61,132 bases of DNA from Candidatus Beckwithbacteria bacterium (GTDB lineage Bacteria; Patescibacteriota; Microgenomatia; UBA1400; UBA1449), in NCBI GenBank assembly GCA_012798485.1, contig JAAZND010000102.1, positions 1 to 61,132 on the forward strand. Reading direction: 5' to 3'. A program made the position numbers and the translations under genes. A model generated the notes under the pieces. That model did not search any database. It saw only the letters and a program-made list of their open reading frames with translations, and was not told the origin of the DNA. Shown here piece by piece: positions 1 through 9,543 of this stretch (position 1 is its first letter; the number at the start of each line of letters is the position of its first letter).

Positions 1-122
1 GTATGACTACTTGTCTCTATCATCTTAACTATATCTTATCAAATGACTTAAGCTTTACGTTTTTGTGCTCATTGATTGCATTCATCCCTCGCACTTACAG
101 TGCGGGGTTTTCTGCAATGGTT
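1..122 (-). mobile_element. Probable left end of an IS200/IS605-family element (subterminal hairpin plus first codons of a TnpA-like ORF running off the window)
   Basis: GC-rich hairpin cctcgcact-tac-agtgcgggg (87-107) inside TTCATCCC...GGGGTTTTCT, with outer ATTGCA/TGCAAT arms (75-80/113-118). Minus-strand ATG at 23 gives MIETSSH(T), like the N-terminal 'SH.VY' of Y1 transposases. The HD ORF stops inside the hairpin. Confidence 0.65.
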
Positions 123-487
123 ATAAATTCTGGATTATCATGAACCGAAATTATTTCACAGATTATTTTAATTTTTTCTTCACTAAAATTTAATTTTAAT
201 AATACCTTTTTGGCTAATTCAGCTCCATATTGCATATGAATTTTCTTGATTTTATTAGCCCAATGTATTTTTTTCTCTTGCTTAGAAAATTTAGAATAAC
301 CAATATCATGTAATAAAGCCGCAACCATCATTACTTCTTGATCTAAATCAGAATATTCTTTCAATAAATATTGCATCATTTTAGCAACTACTAAATGATG
401 CAAATCATCAGCTTCTCGTCCTTTTTTATAATAAGGAAGGGCAATATTATAAATATCTTGATATTTCTTATTTAAATTATAATTCAT
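95..487 (-). pseudogene. HD-domain phosphohydrolase, probably 3'-truncated by the IS insertion
   Basis: H...AALLHDIG...H...ISVHD motifs are present. The C-terminal conserved Asp helix is missing, and the last residues (AENPAL*) are encoded by the hairpin. Confidence 0.65.
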
Positions 488-502
488 TTAAACTATTTTT
501 AA

Positions 503-1639
503 TTATGTTTCTAAAGTTTGCTTCCCACATTTTTCCCAACTAATCTTTTGTGCCTGTTTTTTGCCTTTAAAAATCAAGTCTTTTCTTTTATCCTCTGTTA
601 ATTGTAGCATTTTTATTAAACTTTGATAAATATTCTCAGTACTTTGCGGTTTTTCGATGTAGGCAATTGCTTCTCCTCCAATTTCCGGTAAAGACGAAAC
701 ATGACTTGCCAAAACTAACACGCCAAGTGTCATCGCTTCCAAAACCGGAATACCAAAGCCTTCATAAAGAGAAGGTAAAACCAGACAATAAGCATGTTTT
801 AAAAGTTGAATTTTCTCATATTCTGAGACAAACCCCGTAAAAATAATTTCTTTACTAAGCCCTAATTCTTTGACCTTGGCAAAAATATTTTCATAGAGCC
901 AACCTTTTTTCCCAACAATAATTAATTTTAATTTTCTATAATCTTCACTTTTTTTCATTTGAGCAAACGCTTCAATTAATCGAATTAGATTTTTACGAGG
1001 TTGCAATGTTCCAATATAGAGCAGATATTTTGACTGAAGATCAAAATTGATGGCAAATTTTTGAAAACTTTCATCCTGTTCATCATGTTCAAGTTTTTTA
1101 TAATCAAAACCAAGATAAGTAACAGTAATTTTATCTTCTGTAATTTGATAGTTTTCTATAATATCTTTTTTGGTCGCCTCTGAAATTGCAAAAATATGTT
1201 TAGCATTTTTGACACTATATTTTGTCCAAGCAACCAATTGATTCAAATCTTTGGATAAAAATTCATTTGGGAATTTAAGAAAAGCTAAATCCATAATACT
1301 GACGACTGTTGGAATCGGTGAAAATCGCGGTGCATAATGGCCCGGAGTAAAAAAAAGACTTGGTAAACTTTTACCTAATTTCTCTTGATAAAGCTTCAGT
1401 GGCAAACGCCATTGAGTCCAAAGTATGGAAGGCCCAAAAATTTCATAATTCCAAGCTTGGTCAACTTTTGGAAAATCAGTTTGAAAATATTCTTTAAGAT
1501 AAATTTTAAATTTCAGATCCTTATTTTCTTTGGTTAAATGATAAAGTTGCCACAAAATTTCATAAGCATAAATATTTGAGCCAACGCGATTCTCAAGATT
1601 TGCTTCATTGCCATCAATACCGATAAACATAAATTTCAT
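503..1639 (-). CDS. GT4 glycosyltransferase (mannosyltransferase-like)
   Basis: IGTLQPRKN, PSLYEGFGIPVLEAM, SSLPE motifs. Confidence 0.92.
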   Translation of the reverse strand: MKFMFIGIDGNEANLENRVGSNIYAYEILWQLYHLTKENKDLKFKIYLKEYFQTDFPKVDQAWNYEIFGPSILWTQWRLPLKLYQEKLGKSLPSLFFTPGHYAPRFSPIPTVVSIMDLAFLKFPNEFLSKDLNQLVAWTKYSVKNAKHIFAISEATKKDIIENYQITEDKITVTYLGFDYKKLEHDEQDESFQKFAINFDLQSKYLLYIGTLQPRKNLIRLIEAFAQMKKSEDYRKLKLIIVGKKGWLYENIFAKVKELGLSKEIIFTGFVSEYEKIQLLKHAYCLVLPSLYEGFGIPVLEAMTLGVLVLASHVSSLPEIGGEAIAYIEKPQSTENIYQSLIKMLQLTEDKRKDLIFKGKKQAQKISWEKCGKQTLET

Positions 1640-1646
1640 GCTAAAT

Positions 1647-2765
1647 TTATTTCAGCATCTCCATTTTTTGATAAAGTTCTAAAGTTTGCCTAGCCATTTT
1701 TTCAAAACTAAATTGTTCTGCCCTTCGCAAACTTTTTTCTTGTAGATTTTTTTTGAGTTTACTATTTTCTAAAATTTTTTTCATTGCAGCTGCAATTTCT
1801 GCAACTTTTTTAGGGCTTATTAAAATTCCCGCATCATCAACAATTTCAGGCAAAGAAGAAAGGTTTGAAGTAATCACTGGTAAACCGCATTGCATAGCTT
1901 CAAGAACCGGCAAACCAAAGCCTTCATAAAAAGATGGATAAGCAAACATTTCGGCTCCATTGTATAAATATGGTAAATCCTGATCGGAAACAAAGCCGGT
2001 CAAAATAATATTCTGCTGTTTTACCAGATCTTCTCCCCAACCAAATTTTCCTACTAAAACTAATTGATAATCAGATAAATTTAGAGCTTGAAAAGCCTGA
2101 ATCACTGACTTCAGATTTTTCCTTGGCTCCAAAGTACACACGCTTAAAATATATTTTTTACTGATATTGTACTTATTTTTAATTTTTTCTATTTTTGCTT
2201 GATCTTTTATCTTATGAAAATTTTCACTTGCGCCTTCATAGATGACTGAAGTTTTTTCTTTGTTTATTTTGGTAAATTTTAAGAGATCTTTTTGTGTTGC
2301 TTTGGACACACAAATGACATGCTCACACTCTTTTTCAATCAATTTTAAATTATGTTCAAAGTTAAAAACAATTTTGGGATCATGATAATCACTATAAATA
2401 ATAGGGGTAAAATCATGTATTGTCGTAATCTTAATCCCAGATTGAAACGGTGGCTGACTCCAGTCGGAAGTATGAAAAATGTCAACATGTCCAATAAAAT
2501 TATTAACTGGCAAAAAATGAAGCTGATTCCAAATTAAACTTGCTACCTGTGGCGGAAAAAACTTGATATAAGCTTGGTAAGATAACTTTTCTCTATCTAA
2601 TTCCTTTAAAAATTTCTCAATTTCTTCTTTTTGTCTAAAAACACCAGCAAATAATTTATATTGATTGTTTTTATCAATGCGCAACAAATTTTTGACCAAT
2701 TCTCTGGTATAACGGGAAACGCCAGTCTGATAAACAATCTGTGAAATATCGATGCCTATAATCAC
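1647..2765 (-). CDS. GT4 glycosyltransferase (mannosyltransferase-like)
   Basis: TGVSRY, TLEPRKN, YPSFYEGFGLPVLEAM. Probable GTG start at 2765, just after the upstream stop (ORF track starts at 2801). Confidence 0.92.
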   Translation of the reverse strand: MIIGIDISQIVYQTGVSRYTRELVKNLLRIDKNNQYKLFAGVFRQKEEIEKFLKELDREKLSYQAYIKFFPPQVASLIWNQLHFLPVNNFIGHVDIFHTSDWSQPPFQSGIKITTIHDFTPIIYSDYHDPKIVFNFEHNLKLIEKECEHVICVSKATQKDLLKFTKINKEKTSVIYEGASENFHKIKDQAKIEKIKNKYNISKKYILSVCTLEPRKNLKSVIQAFQALNLSDYQLVLVGKFGWGEDLVKQQNIILTGFVSDQDLPYLYNGAEMFAYPSFYEGFGLPVLEAMQCGLPVITSNLSSLPEIVDDAGILISPKKVAEIAAAMKKILENSKLKKNLQEKSLRRAEQFSFEKMARQTLELYQKMEMLK

Positions 2766-2766
2766 T

Positions 2767-2964
2767 TTATTTTTTAATTTTAGTAAAAAAGCTAAAATCA
2801 AATTTTTTAAAAATTTTGATTATTCCATACCATAAAATTAACAAAATTGGCGTTCCAGGCAGTAGAAACAAAATAAACAAAATTAAAATCCTATACCATG
2901 GTCCTTTAAAAAAATAACGATATATTTTTTCAATCGAATAAAAAAGGATATTCCTATTCTTCAT
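2767..2964 (-). CDS. Small hypothetical membrane protein
   Basis: Fills the gap between co-oriented genes exactly; hydrophobic segment ILILFILFLLPGTPILLILWYGII. Confidence 0.55.
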   Translation of the reverse strand: MKNRNILFYSIEKIYRYFFKGPWYRILILFILFLLPGTPILLILWYGIIKIFKKFDFSFFTKIKK

Positions 2965-4441
2965 ATGCAAAAAGTCTTTTGTAATTTACTAAATATTTTA
3001 AAACCAAATCGCCTTGAAAATGTTTCTCCTCAACCACTTCATAACCATAATTATTGACTAACTTCTCTTCCGTATGATTGTCTGGTTCAAAAATTGGTTG
3101 ACTATATTTGATTAACCAAATTTTATTCTCCAGTTTATTTTGCTCAATTTCTTTGTAATCTATCAACTGATGTTTGTCTCTGTCATAATACCAAAAAGGC
3201 CGAGAAACTTCACTTAGGATTATTACTTGAGAAGAAACATCTCTTTGCTTGATAAACTCGACTAAACTGCGCCAGTCTTCGCGATGAAAAACAGGATTAA
3301 AAAGATAAGTAAAGCTGCAATAAGCGCTAATTACTAAAAAAATAATATAAATTCCTTCCATTTTTTTAACACTAAAATCTTTAAGGCAATAAATCAAAAG
3401 CAAGTAAAAAGCTGGGGCAAGATATAAAAAGCGAAAATAAGTAAAAACAGATACTTTAAGAGAAACAATTATTCCTAGCAAAACTGGAATTACAAGCCAA
3501 GCCAGTAAAAAGAAAAAATAAAAAGTGTCGTTGCGAGTATCGCTTTGGAAAGACGTGATAATCTTATTCTTTATTGTTTTAATTATGAGAAAACCGAAAA
3601 GCAAAAATGGAATCGAAAGTAAAAGCAAAGTCCAAAGATTAAAATCGAGAGGTAAGCGGCCAATCAAAATTTTTGTCGGAATCAAAGCCAATTGGCGTAA
3701 TGAAAAAGTGCTCAAGTTTTGCCAAACAGCTAAACTGCCAGCAGTATTTTGTCCAATTTGCAGTTGACTAAAAAGAATTGATAAAAGCAAAATGATTGAT
3801 AAAAGAGGTAAAAATATAATTTTTAATTTATTAGATAATTCTTTTTTATCTTGATAAGAAAATAAACATAATAGTAATAACTGAGTTGGCCAAATAAACC
3901 AAGCTACATAATGAGACCAAAACATTAGTGAAGTCGCAAAAAAATATTTTAATGCATGAACAATTAGCAACCTGTTCTTTAAAATCATAATTTGCAAAAA
4001 TTCATACATTGACCAAGTACTAAAAAAAACAGCCAAGCTGTAAGGACGAGCTTCTTGGGAATAAAAAATTAACAATGGTGCAAGAGAAACAAGAAGTATT
4101 CCAAAATAAATTAAATCTACATTTTTATGTTTAGCTAAGATAAAATTTAAAATTTTGTAACTGAAAAAAACCACCCCCACTCCAGCCAAAACCGAAGGCA
4201 AACGCAAAACTATCTCATTATCACCAAAAAATTTAACAAAAACAAAAGTCAAAATATGCGATAATGGCGGATTGAAATCAGCCTTGAGATATTCAAACAC
4301 TAAATTTTTGAAAGAATATGTTTGTATCGCCCAAGCTTGAATCGCTTCATCTAGCCATAAAGATTGATTAAGAGCAATAAGTCGAATTAAAAAGGCAAAA
4401 ATTAGAATAGAGATAATAATTAAATTATTTTGTAATCTCAT
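2954..4441 (-). CDS. GT-C fold membrane glycosyltransferase (PMT_2/ArnT-like)
   Basis: QSLWLDEA after TM1, NPPL, LRLPS, YSQEARPY, many TM helices. Probable start MRLQ at 4441. Confidence 0.88.
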   Translation of the reverse strand: MRLQNNLIIISILIFAFLIRLIALNQSLWLDEAIQAWAIQTYSFKNLVFEYLKADFNPPLSHILTFVFVKFFGDNEIVLRLPSVLAGVGVVFFSYKILNFILAKHKNVDLIYFGILLVSLAPLLIFYSQEARPYSLAVFFSTWSMYEFLQIMILKNRLLIVHALKYFFATSLMFWSHYVAWFIWPTQLLLLCLFSYQDKKELSNKLKIIFLPLLSIILLLSILFSQLQIGQNTAGSLAVWQNLSTFSLRQLALIPTKILIGRLPLDFNLWTLLLLSIPFLLFGFLIIKTIKNKIITSFQSDTRNDTFYFFFLLAWLVIPVLLGIIVSLKVSVFTYFRFLYLAPAFYLLLIYCLKDFSVKKMEGIYIIFLVISAYCSFTYLFNPVFHREDWRSLVEFIKQRDVSSQVIILSEVSRPFWYYDRDKHQLIDYKEIEQNKLENKIWLIKYSQPIFEPDNHTEEKLVNNYGYEVVEEKHFQGDLVLKYLVNYKRLFAYEE

Positions 4442-4728
4442 TACAGTTTTATTATAATGGAAAATAAAAGATTTCAATAGTTCTCACTTTAATTTAGTTA
4501 TTTATAATTTAAAATTTCTACTGTAAGATGTCATTGCAATATATTAACGATTTTGATATGTTTAAATCCATGAAAACAACCCATATTCTTCAAATAAAAA
4601 TGCTTTATTCTAATTTTTTTACATTATTTCAAAATTCAGAAAAATTACTTTTCCTAAAAATAAATTTTCAACCTAAGGAGGAGCTTTAACTGTAAATAGT
4701 AAAAAATATTTACTTAAAGAAAAATCAT

Positions 4729-5508
4729 ATGAAAGTTATTATTCTTTGCGGTGGTCAAGGAACTAGGTTAAAAGAAGAAACAGAATTTAAACCAAAACCG
4801 ATGGTTTATGTCGGCAATAAACCTATTTTATGGCATATCATGAAAATTTATTCTCATTTTGGCTTTAACGAGTTTATTTTAGCTCTAGGTTATAAAGCAG
4901 ATTATATAAAAAATTTTTTCTTAAATCAGAAAGCTCTTACTTCAGATTTTACTTTACACACTAATAATTTTAAAACTCAATATCATATGGAAAATCGGGA
5001 AGATGTTGATAATTTTAAAATTACTTTTGTTGATACTGGTCTAGAAACCTTACCTGGAGAAAGAATTTTAAGATGTAAAAAATATATTCCCAAAGAAGAT
5101 AAACTTTTTATGGTGACTTACGGTGATGCTGTGACAGATTTAAATATTAAAAGCTTATTAAAATTTTATAAAAAACAAAAAACAATTGGAGTAATTACTG
5201 GAGTTCATCCAAGATCAAAATATGGCGTAGTAATAGTAGATTCAAATAATAAAGTCAAAAACTTTTCTGAAAAACCAATTTTAAAAGATTGGGTTAATGC
5301 TGGTTTTATGATATTTAATAAAAAAGTTTTTGATTATATAAAAAGAGAAGAAAGTGAACACCCTGCTCTGCAAAGATTGTCAAAGGAAAAACAATTATCT
5401 TTTTATAAACATGATGGTTTTTGGGCTTGTATGGACACTCATAAAGAATTTATGGATTTAAATGCCTGGTGGAAAGAAAAACAACCACCTTGGAAAATTT
5501 GGAAATAA
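4729..5508 (+). CDS. rfbF: Glucose-1-phosphate cytidylyltransferase
   Basis: ILCGGQGTRLKEETEFKPKPMV, VDTGLET, TYGD, GFWACMDT, C-terminal PPWKIW. Confidence 0.92.
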   Translation: MKVIILCGGQGTRLKEETEFKPKPMVYVGNKPILWHIMKIYSHFGFNEFILALGYKADYIKNFFLNQKALTSDFTLHTNNFKTQYHMENREDVDNFKITFVDTGLETLPGERILRCKKYIPKEDKLFMVTYGDAVTDLNIKSLLKFYKKQKTIGVITGVHPRSKYGVVIVDSNNKVKNFSEKPILKDWVNAGFMIFNKKVFDYIKREESEHPALQRLSKEKQLSFYKHDGFWACMDTHKEFMDLNAWWKEKQPPWKIWK

Positions 5509-5512
5509 GCTT

Positions 5513-6589
5513 ATGAATATTTATCATGGTAAAAACGTTTTAGTCACAGGAGGAACCGGTTTTGTCGGCTCTCATCTCGTTGAAGAACTTATTAAACTTG
5601 GAGCACATGTTGTCACTACTTATGAATATATTGATCCTAAATCTTATTTTATTACCAAAGGACTTGATAAAAATACAGTCATGGCTAAAGTAGATATTAG
5701 AAATTTTGATGCCGTCTTTGATCTTGTCACTAAACTTAATACTGAATTTATTTTTCATCTGGCTGCTCAGGCCATTGTTGAAACTGCTTATTACAATCCT
5801 CGCTGGACACTGGAATCAAATATTAATGGCACAATTAATATTGTGGAAAGCGGGAGACTCTTTCCCAAAGTAAAAGCTATTATCGTAGCTTCATCAGACA
5901 AAGCTTATGGAAAACTATGTAAAAAAATGTATATGGAAACGGATGCTTTGTGTGGCGATCATCCTTATGATGTCTCAAAATCTGCCACTGATCTTATTGC
6001 TCATAGCTATTTCGTCACTTATGGATTGCCAGTTGTCACAACTAGATTTGGCAATATCTATGGCGAGGGTGATTTAAATATGTCAAGGATTATTCCTGGT
6101 ATTATGAATACAATAATTAACAAAAATGTTTTGGAATTAAGAAGTAATGGAAAATTTGTAAGAGATTATTTATATGTAAAAGATGTCGTAGCAGGATATC
6201 TACTCCTTGCTGAAAAAATAGAAGAAGCAAAAGGTGAAGCCTATAATTTTGGGTCAGAAGAAAATTTATCAGTCATAGATTTAATTAAAGAAATCGAAAA
6301 AGCTTTAAATTTAAAAATTCCTTATAAAATTTTAAACACTGCTAAAAATGAAATTCCTAATCAAGCTTTGGACTGTAAAAAAATCAAGGCTTTGGGCTGG
6401 AAACAAAAACAAATGATAAAAGATACCATGCAATCAATTTTGTTATGGTATAAATCATACTTAAAAGGAGAAATTTCTTTCCCAATAAAAAATAATATAA
6501 ATCAACCAACGGAAAAAGAAGATAAAATAGTAAAAACCCAATTTACCATGTCTTCACCAAAAATTATTTATCTTGCTCCCAGACAATAA
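5513..6589 (+). CDS. rfbG: NDP-sugar 4,6-dehydratase, CDP-glucose 4,6-dehydratase-like
   Basis: VTGGTGFVGS, FHLAAQ, SSDKAY, PYDVSKS, RFGNIYGEGD; directly follows rfbF; probable start 5513. Confidence 0.75.
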   Translation: MNIYHGKNVLVTGGTGFVGSHLVEELIKLGAHVVTTYEYIDPKSYFITKGLDKNTVMAKVDIRNFDAVFDLVTKLNTEFIFHLAAQAIVETAYYNPRWTLESNINGTINIVESGRLFPKVKAIIVASSDKAYGKLCKKMYMETDALCGDHPYDVSKSATDLIAHSYFVTYGLPVVTTRFGNIYGEGDLNMSRIIPGIMNTIINKNVLELRSNGKFVRDYLYVKDVVAGYLLLAEKIEEAKGEAYNFGSEENLSVIDLIKEIEKALNLKIPYKILNTAKNEIPNQALDCKKIKALGWKQKQMIKDTMQSILLWYKSYLKGEISFPIKNNINQPTEKEDKIVKTQFTMSSPKIIYLAPRQ

Positions 6590-6629
6590 AAATTGTTTTC
6601 TAATTTAGTGATTCTTCAATTTCTTTCAT

Positions 6630-8372
6630 TTATTCTTTACTTAAAAATGGAAACATTTCATTGATTGGCAAAGACATCATTTTTCCATTTTCATCTTTTC
6701 TCGATGAGACAGTCAAAATATCCTGCCAATATGGACAAACAATCTCGCAAATTACAGTTTCTTTAAGTTCTAAAATATCTTTAATTTTTTTTAAATCTTG
6801 AGTTTTATTGATTTTAAAATATTTTATTCCATAAGCTTTGGCAATTTTTTGAGTTTCTGGAATATAAACTCCAGATTTTAAGCCTTCACCAATCAATCTT
6901 TGATTAAAGAAATTTTTTTGCGTGATACGAATTGCAAGATATCCTTGGTTGTTAATCACAAAAATTTTTGCCGGAATTTTATGATGAAAAATTGAAGCCA
7001 ACTCATGAATATTCATCTGAAAAGAACCGTCTCCAGTAATACAAATAATATTATTCTTTGGGCTAGCTGCCCACACTCCCAAAATAGCAGGCAAGTTATA
7101 ACCCATAGTTAAAGTTGCTCCAGGGATGATAAATCTCTGATTTTTTTTGATTTTTAATGTTTGGGTTGTAATATAAGCTGTCACACCAGCATCTGTAATA
7201 ATATGATCTCCTTTTTTGGAAAACTGAGAAATGGCATTAATAGCATGATACATATTGACCAGCTTCTTTTGGGGTTTCGGCAAAAATAAACTATATTTCT
7301 TTTTTATAATTTGACACTTCTTAAGCCACTCTTGTTTATTTTGAATTGATTTAGCATGGACTAAAATTTTTTCTAAAAAATATTTAGCATCAGATAAAAT
7401 CAGTTTATCTATTTTGATAGTATTCTTACTGTGTTCTAATGGATCGACATCAATTACTATTTTTTTGGCTTTTGGCGCCCATTTATCATATTCATGTCCG
7501 GTAAAAGGGACTGCTAATCTAGTGCCAACAGCTAAAATTAAATCAGAATCCTGAATAATAATATTTCCTGCTCTATCTCCTTTTGTTCCTCCATGACCAA
7601 TATAATTGGGATGATCATATTCCAAAAGATCAATTCCCATATCTGGCGTCACTACTGGAATTTTAGTTTTTTCAACTAACTTTCTAAAAATTTCTACAGC
7701 GTTAGCTAATCTAACTCCTCCTCCAGCAATAATAATCGGTTTTTTGGCTTTTTTAAGTAAAGTAAATACTTCCTCAATCTTTTTTTGACTTGCTTGTGGT
7801 TTATTGTTTTGTTTAATTATCTTGCTTTTTAATTTTTTCTCATCAATTAAAGCTCCTGCCACATCTGAGGGAATATCAAGCCATACCGGCCCAGGACGAT
7901 CAGACAACATTTCACAATAAGCTTTATCAAGTTCCTGTTTAATATCTTCCGGGTTTTCCACTACAGCAGCATATTTAGTCAAAGATTTAACGACGGGAAT
8001 AATATTTACTTCCTGCACTCCAAATTGCCTTAATGGTTGAGGTTTAAGACTGGAAGACATTTGTGACTTCTTGGTTTGTGTAGAAATAAAAATTACTGAA
8101 ATAGAATTTTGCCATGCTTCCAAAAGCCCAGTAATCGCATTGGTTGAACCAGGACCAGAAGTGACAATTACCGCCCCAGGAACATTTTTGGTTTTAGCAT
8201 AAGCCTCAGCTGCCAAAGCACATGCTTGTTCATGATGACTACAAATATATTTAATTTTACCGTGAGCAATAGTAGCATCATTTAAAAACATCGCTCCACC
8301 ACCAGAAAGAGTAAAAATAGTTTCTGTACCATGACTGTAAATGTATTCGATAAGATAATCTGCTACTCTCAT
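6630..8372 (-). CDS. ThDP-dependent acetolactate-synthase-family enzyme, YerE-like sugar carboligase
   Basis: MRVADY start (8372), GGGAMFLND, HHEQA, TSGPGSTNA, RQFGVQE, GPVWLDIP, GDGSFQMNIHEL...NNQGY; sugar-cluster context. Confidence 0.85.
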   Translation of the reverse strand: MRVADYLIEYIYSHGTETIFTLSGGGAMFLNDATIAHGKIKYICSHHEQACALAAEAYAKTKNVPGAVIVTSGPGSTNAITGLLEAWQNSISVIFISTQTKKSQMSSSLKPQPLRQFGVQEVNIIPVVKSLTKYAAVVENPEDIKQELDKAYCEMLSDRPGPVWLDIPSDVAGALIDEKKLKSKIIKQNNKPQASQKKIEEVFTLLKKAKKPIIIAGGGVRLANAVEIFRKLVEKTKIPVVTPDMGIDLLEYDHPNYIGHGGTKGDRAGNIIIQDSDLILAVGTRLAVPFTGHEYDKWAPKAKKIVIDVDPLEHSKNTIKIDKLILSDAKYFLEKILVHAKSIQNKQEWLKKCQIIKKKYSLFLPKPQKKLVNMYHAINAISQFSKKGDHIITDAGVTAYITTQTLKIKKNQRFIIPGATLTMGYNLPAILGVWAASPKNNIICITGDGSFQMNIHELASIFHHKIPAKIFVINNQGYLAIRITQKNFFNQRLIGEGLKSGVYIPETQKIAKAYGIKYFKINKTQDLKKIKDILELKETVICEIVCPYWQDILTVSSRKDENGKMMSLPINEMFPFLSKE

Positions 8373-8373
8373 A

Positions 8374-9543
8374 TTAATTATTGATAATGGATAAAATTGC
8401 TTTGGCAACCACCGGAATTTGTTGAAGCGACATGCCGCCAAAATTAATTCTTCCATTTTGTAATAAATAAATACCATATTTAGTTTTTAACAAAGTAATC
8501 TGGGCTGATGTTAAATCAAGCAAACTGAAAAAGCCTTTTTGCTCTAAAACATAACTAAATCGACCTTTTGTCAGCTTATTAAATAACTCTCTTCTTTTTT
8601 TAAGATTTTTACTCATTTGTGCAAGTGATTGAAGCCATTCTTTTTTATAAGTTTTATTGGTTAGAATTTTTTTAACAATTGATTCACCAAAGGCTGGAGG
8701 AGTGGAATTACTGATTCTAAATAAATAATTAAGACAAGAATCAATGGCAAATCTCTCTTTTTCACTTTCTGCCAACACTATTAACAAACTTGTGCGATGC
8801 TGATACAAAGTCATATTTTTGGAAAAAGAAAAATTGATAGCCATTTTTATTTTATTTTCGAGTAAATATCTTCCGGAAAAACAATCGGTCTCAAAATCAT
8901 CACCAAGCCCAATGTAGGCTGAATCAAGCAAAATGGTATTATTATATTTTTTAAACAATTTAGTCAATTCTACCCATTCTGCTTCACTGGGATTAACACA
9001 AGTTGGATTATGTGTTGGTCCCCCTTGAAATAAAATAAAAGCATTGGGATTTTCTCTCATTGCTTTTTTTAAAGCGGTAAAATTAAATTTTTTATTTTTA
9101 TTAAGTTGAGGGAAATGGATAATTTTAAAACCAAAATTTTTAAAAATTTTATTATGATTATCCCAAGTAGGGTCACTCAAAATAATAGTTGGTTTTTTAA
9201 AATTGAGAGCAATCAAATTTGCCCAAACATAAATCCCGTTGGTTCCTCCGGTCACTCCCTGCTTTGCTAAAAGATGATTATATTTTTTATATAATTTGTC
9301 GCCTAGAACCAATTTAGTTGATTCTTCGATAAATTCCAAATCTCCTTTGATTGGCAAATAATTAAAATTGCTGCGATCTAATTCTGATACTACTTTAGCT
9401 ACAGTTGGAATCACAAAAGTTTTACCATCATTATCAAGATAAATACCAATGCTGGCATTAATTTTATCCGTTCTTTTGTCATCTTGATATTCATCATTTA
9501 AACTAAAAATTGTATCTGGTTCAATGACTTTGTATTTGCTCAT
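8374..9543 (-). CDS. Class I aspartate/aromatic aminotransferase (AspC/TyrB-like)
   Basis: KINASIGIY, YLPIKG, GGT, PTWDNH, HNPT, DSAY, SFSKNMTLYQHR, GRIN. Confidence 0.88.
   Translation of the reverse strand: MSKYKVIEPDTIFSLNDEYQDDKRTDKINASIGIYLDNDGKTFVIPTVAKVVSELDRSNFNYLPIKGDLEFIEESTKLVLGDKLYKKYNHLLAKQGVTGGTNGIYVWANLIALNFKKPTIILSDPTWDNHNKIFKNFGFKIIHFPQLNKNKKFNFTALKKAMRENPNAFILFQGGPTHNPTCVNPSEAEWVELTKLFKKYNNTILLDSAYIGLGDDFETDCFSGRYLLENKIKMAINFSFSKNMTLYQHRTSLLIVLAESEKERFAIDSCLNYLFRISNSTPPAFGESIVKKILTNKTYKKEWLQSLAQMSKNLKKRRELFNKLTKGRFSYVLEQKGFFSLLDLTSAQITLLKTKYGIYLLQNGRINFGGMSLQQIPVVAKAILSIINN

Noticed and set aside
4500..4530. AATTTCTACTGTAAGAT resembles the 3' end of a Cas12a CRISPR repeat (AATTTCTACT...GTAGAT)
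   Set aside because: Single copy, the pairing GTAGA arm is absent, and there are no spacers or cas genes; likely chance in AT-rich DNA
6455..6589. C-terminal extension of the RfbG-like protein as an extra domain or hidden antisense gene
   Set aside because: Low-complexity tail with no motif; the opposite-strand ATG frame checked closes after 15 codons
6630..8372. Branched-chain amino-acid biosynthesis ilvB
   Set aside because: No ilvN/ilvC/ilvD nearby; the context and N-terminal motif fit sugar-cluster YerE-like enzymes
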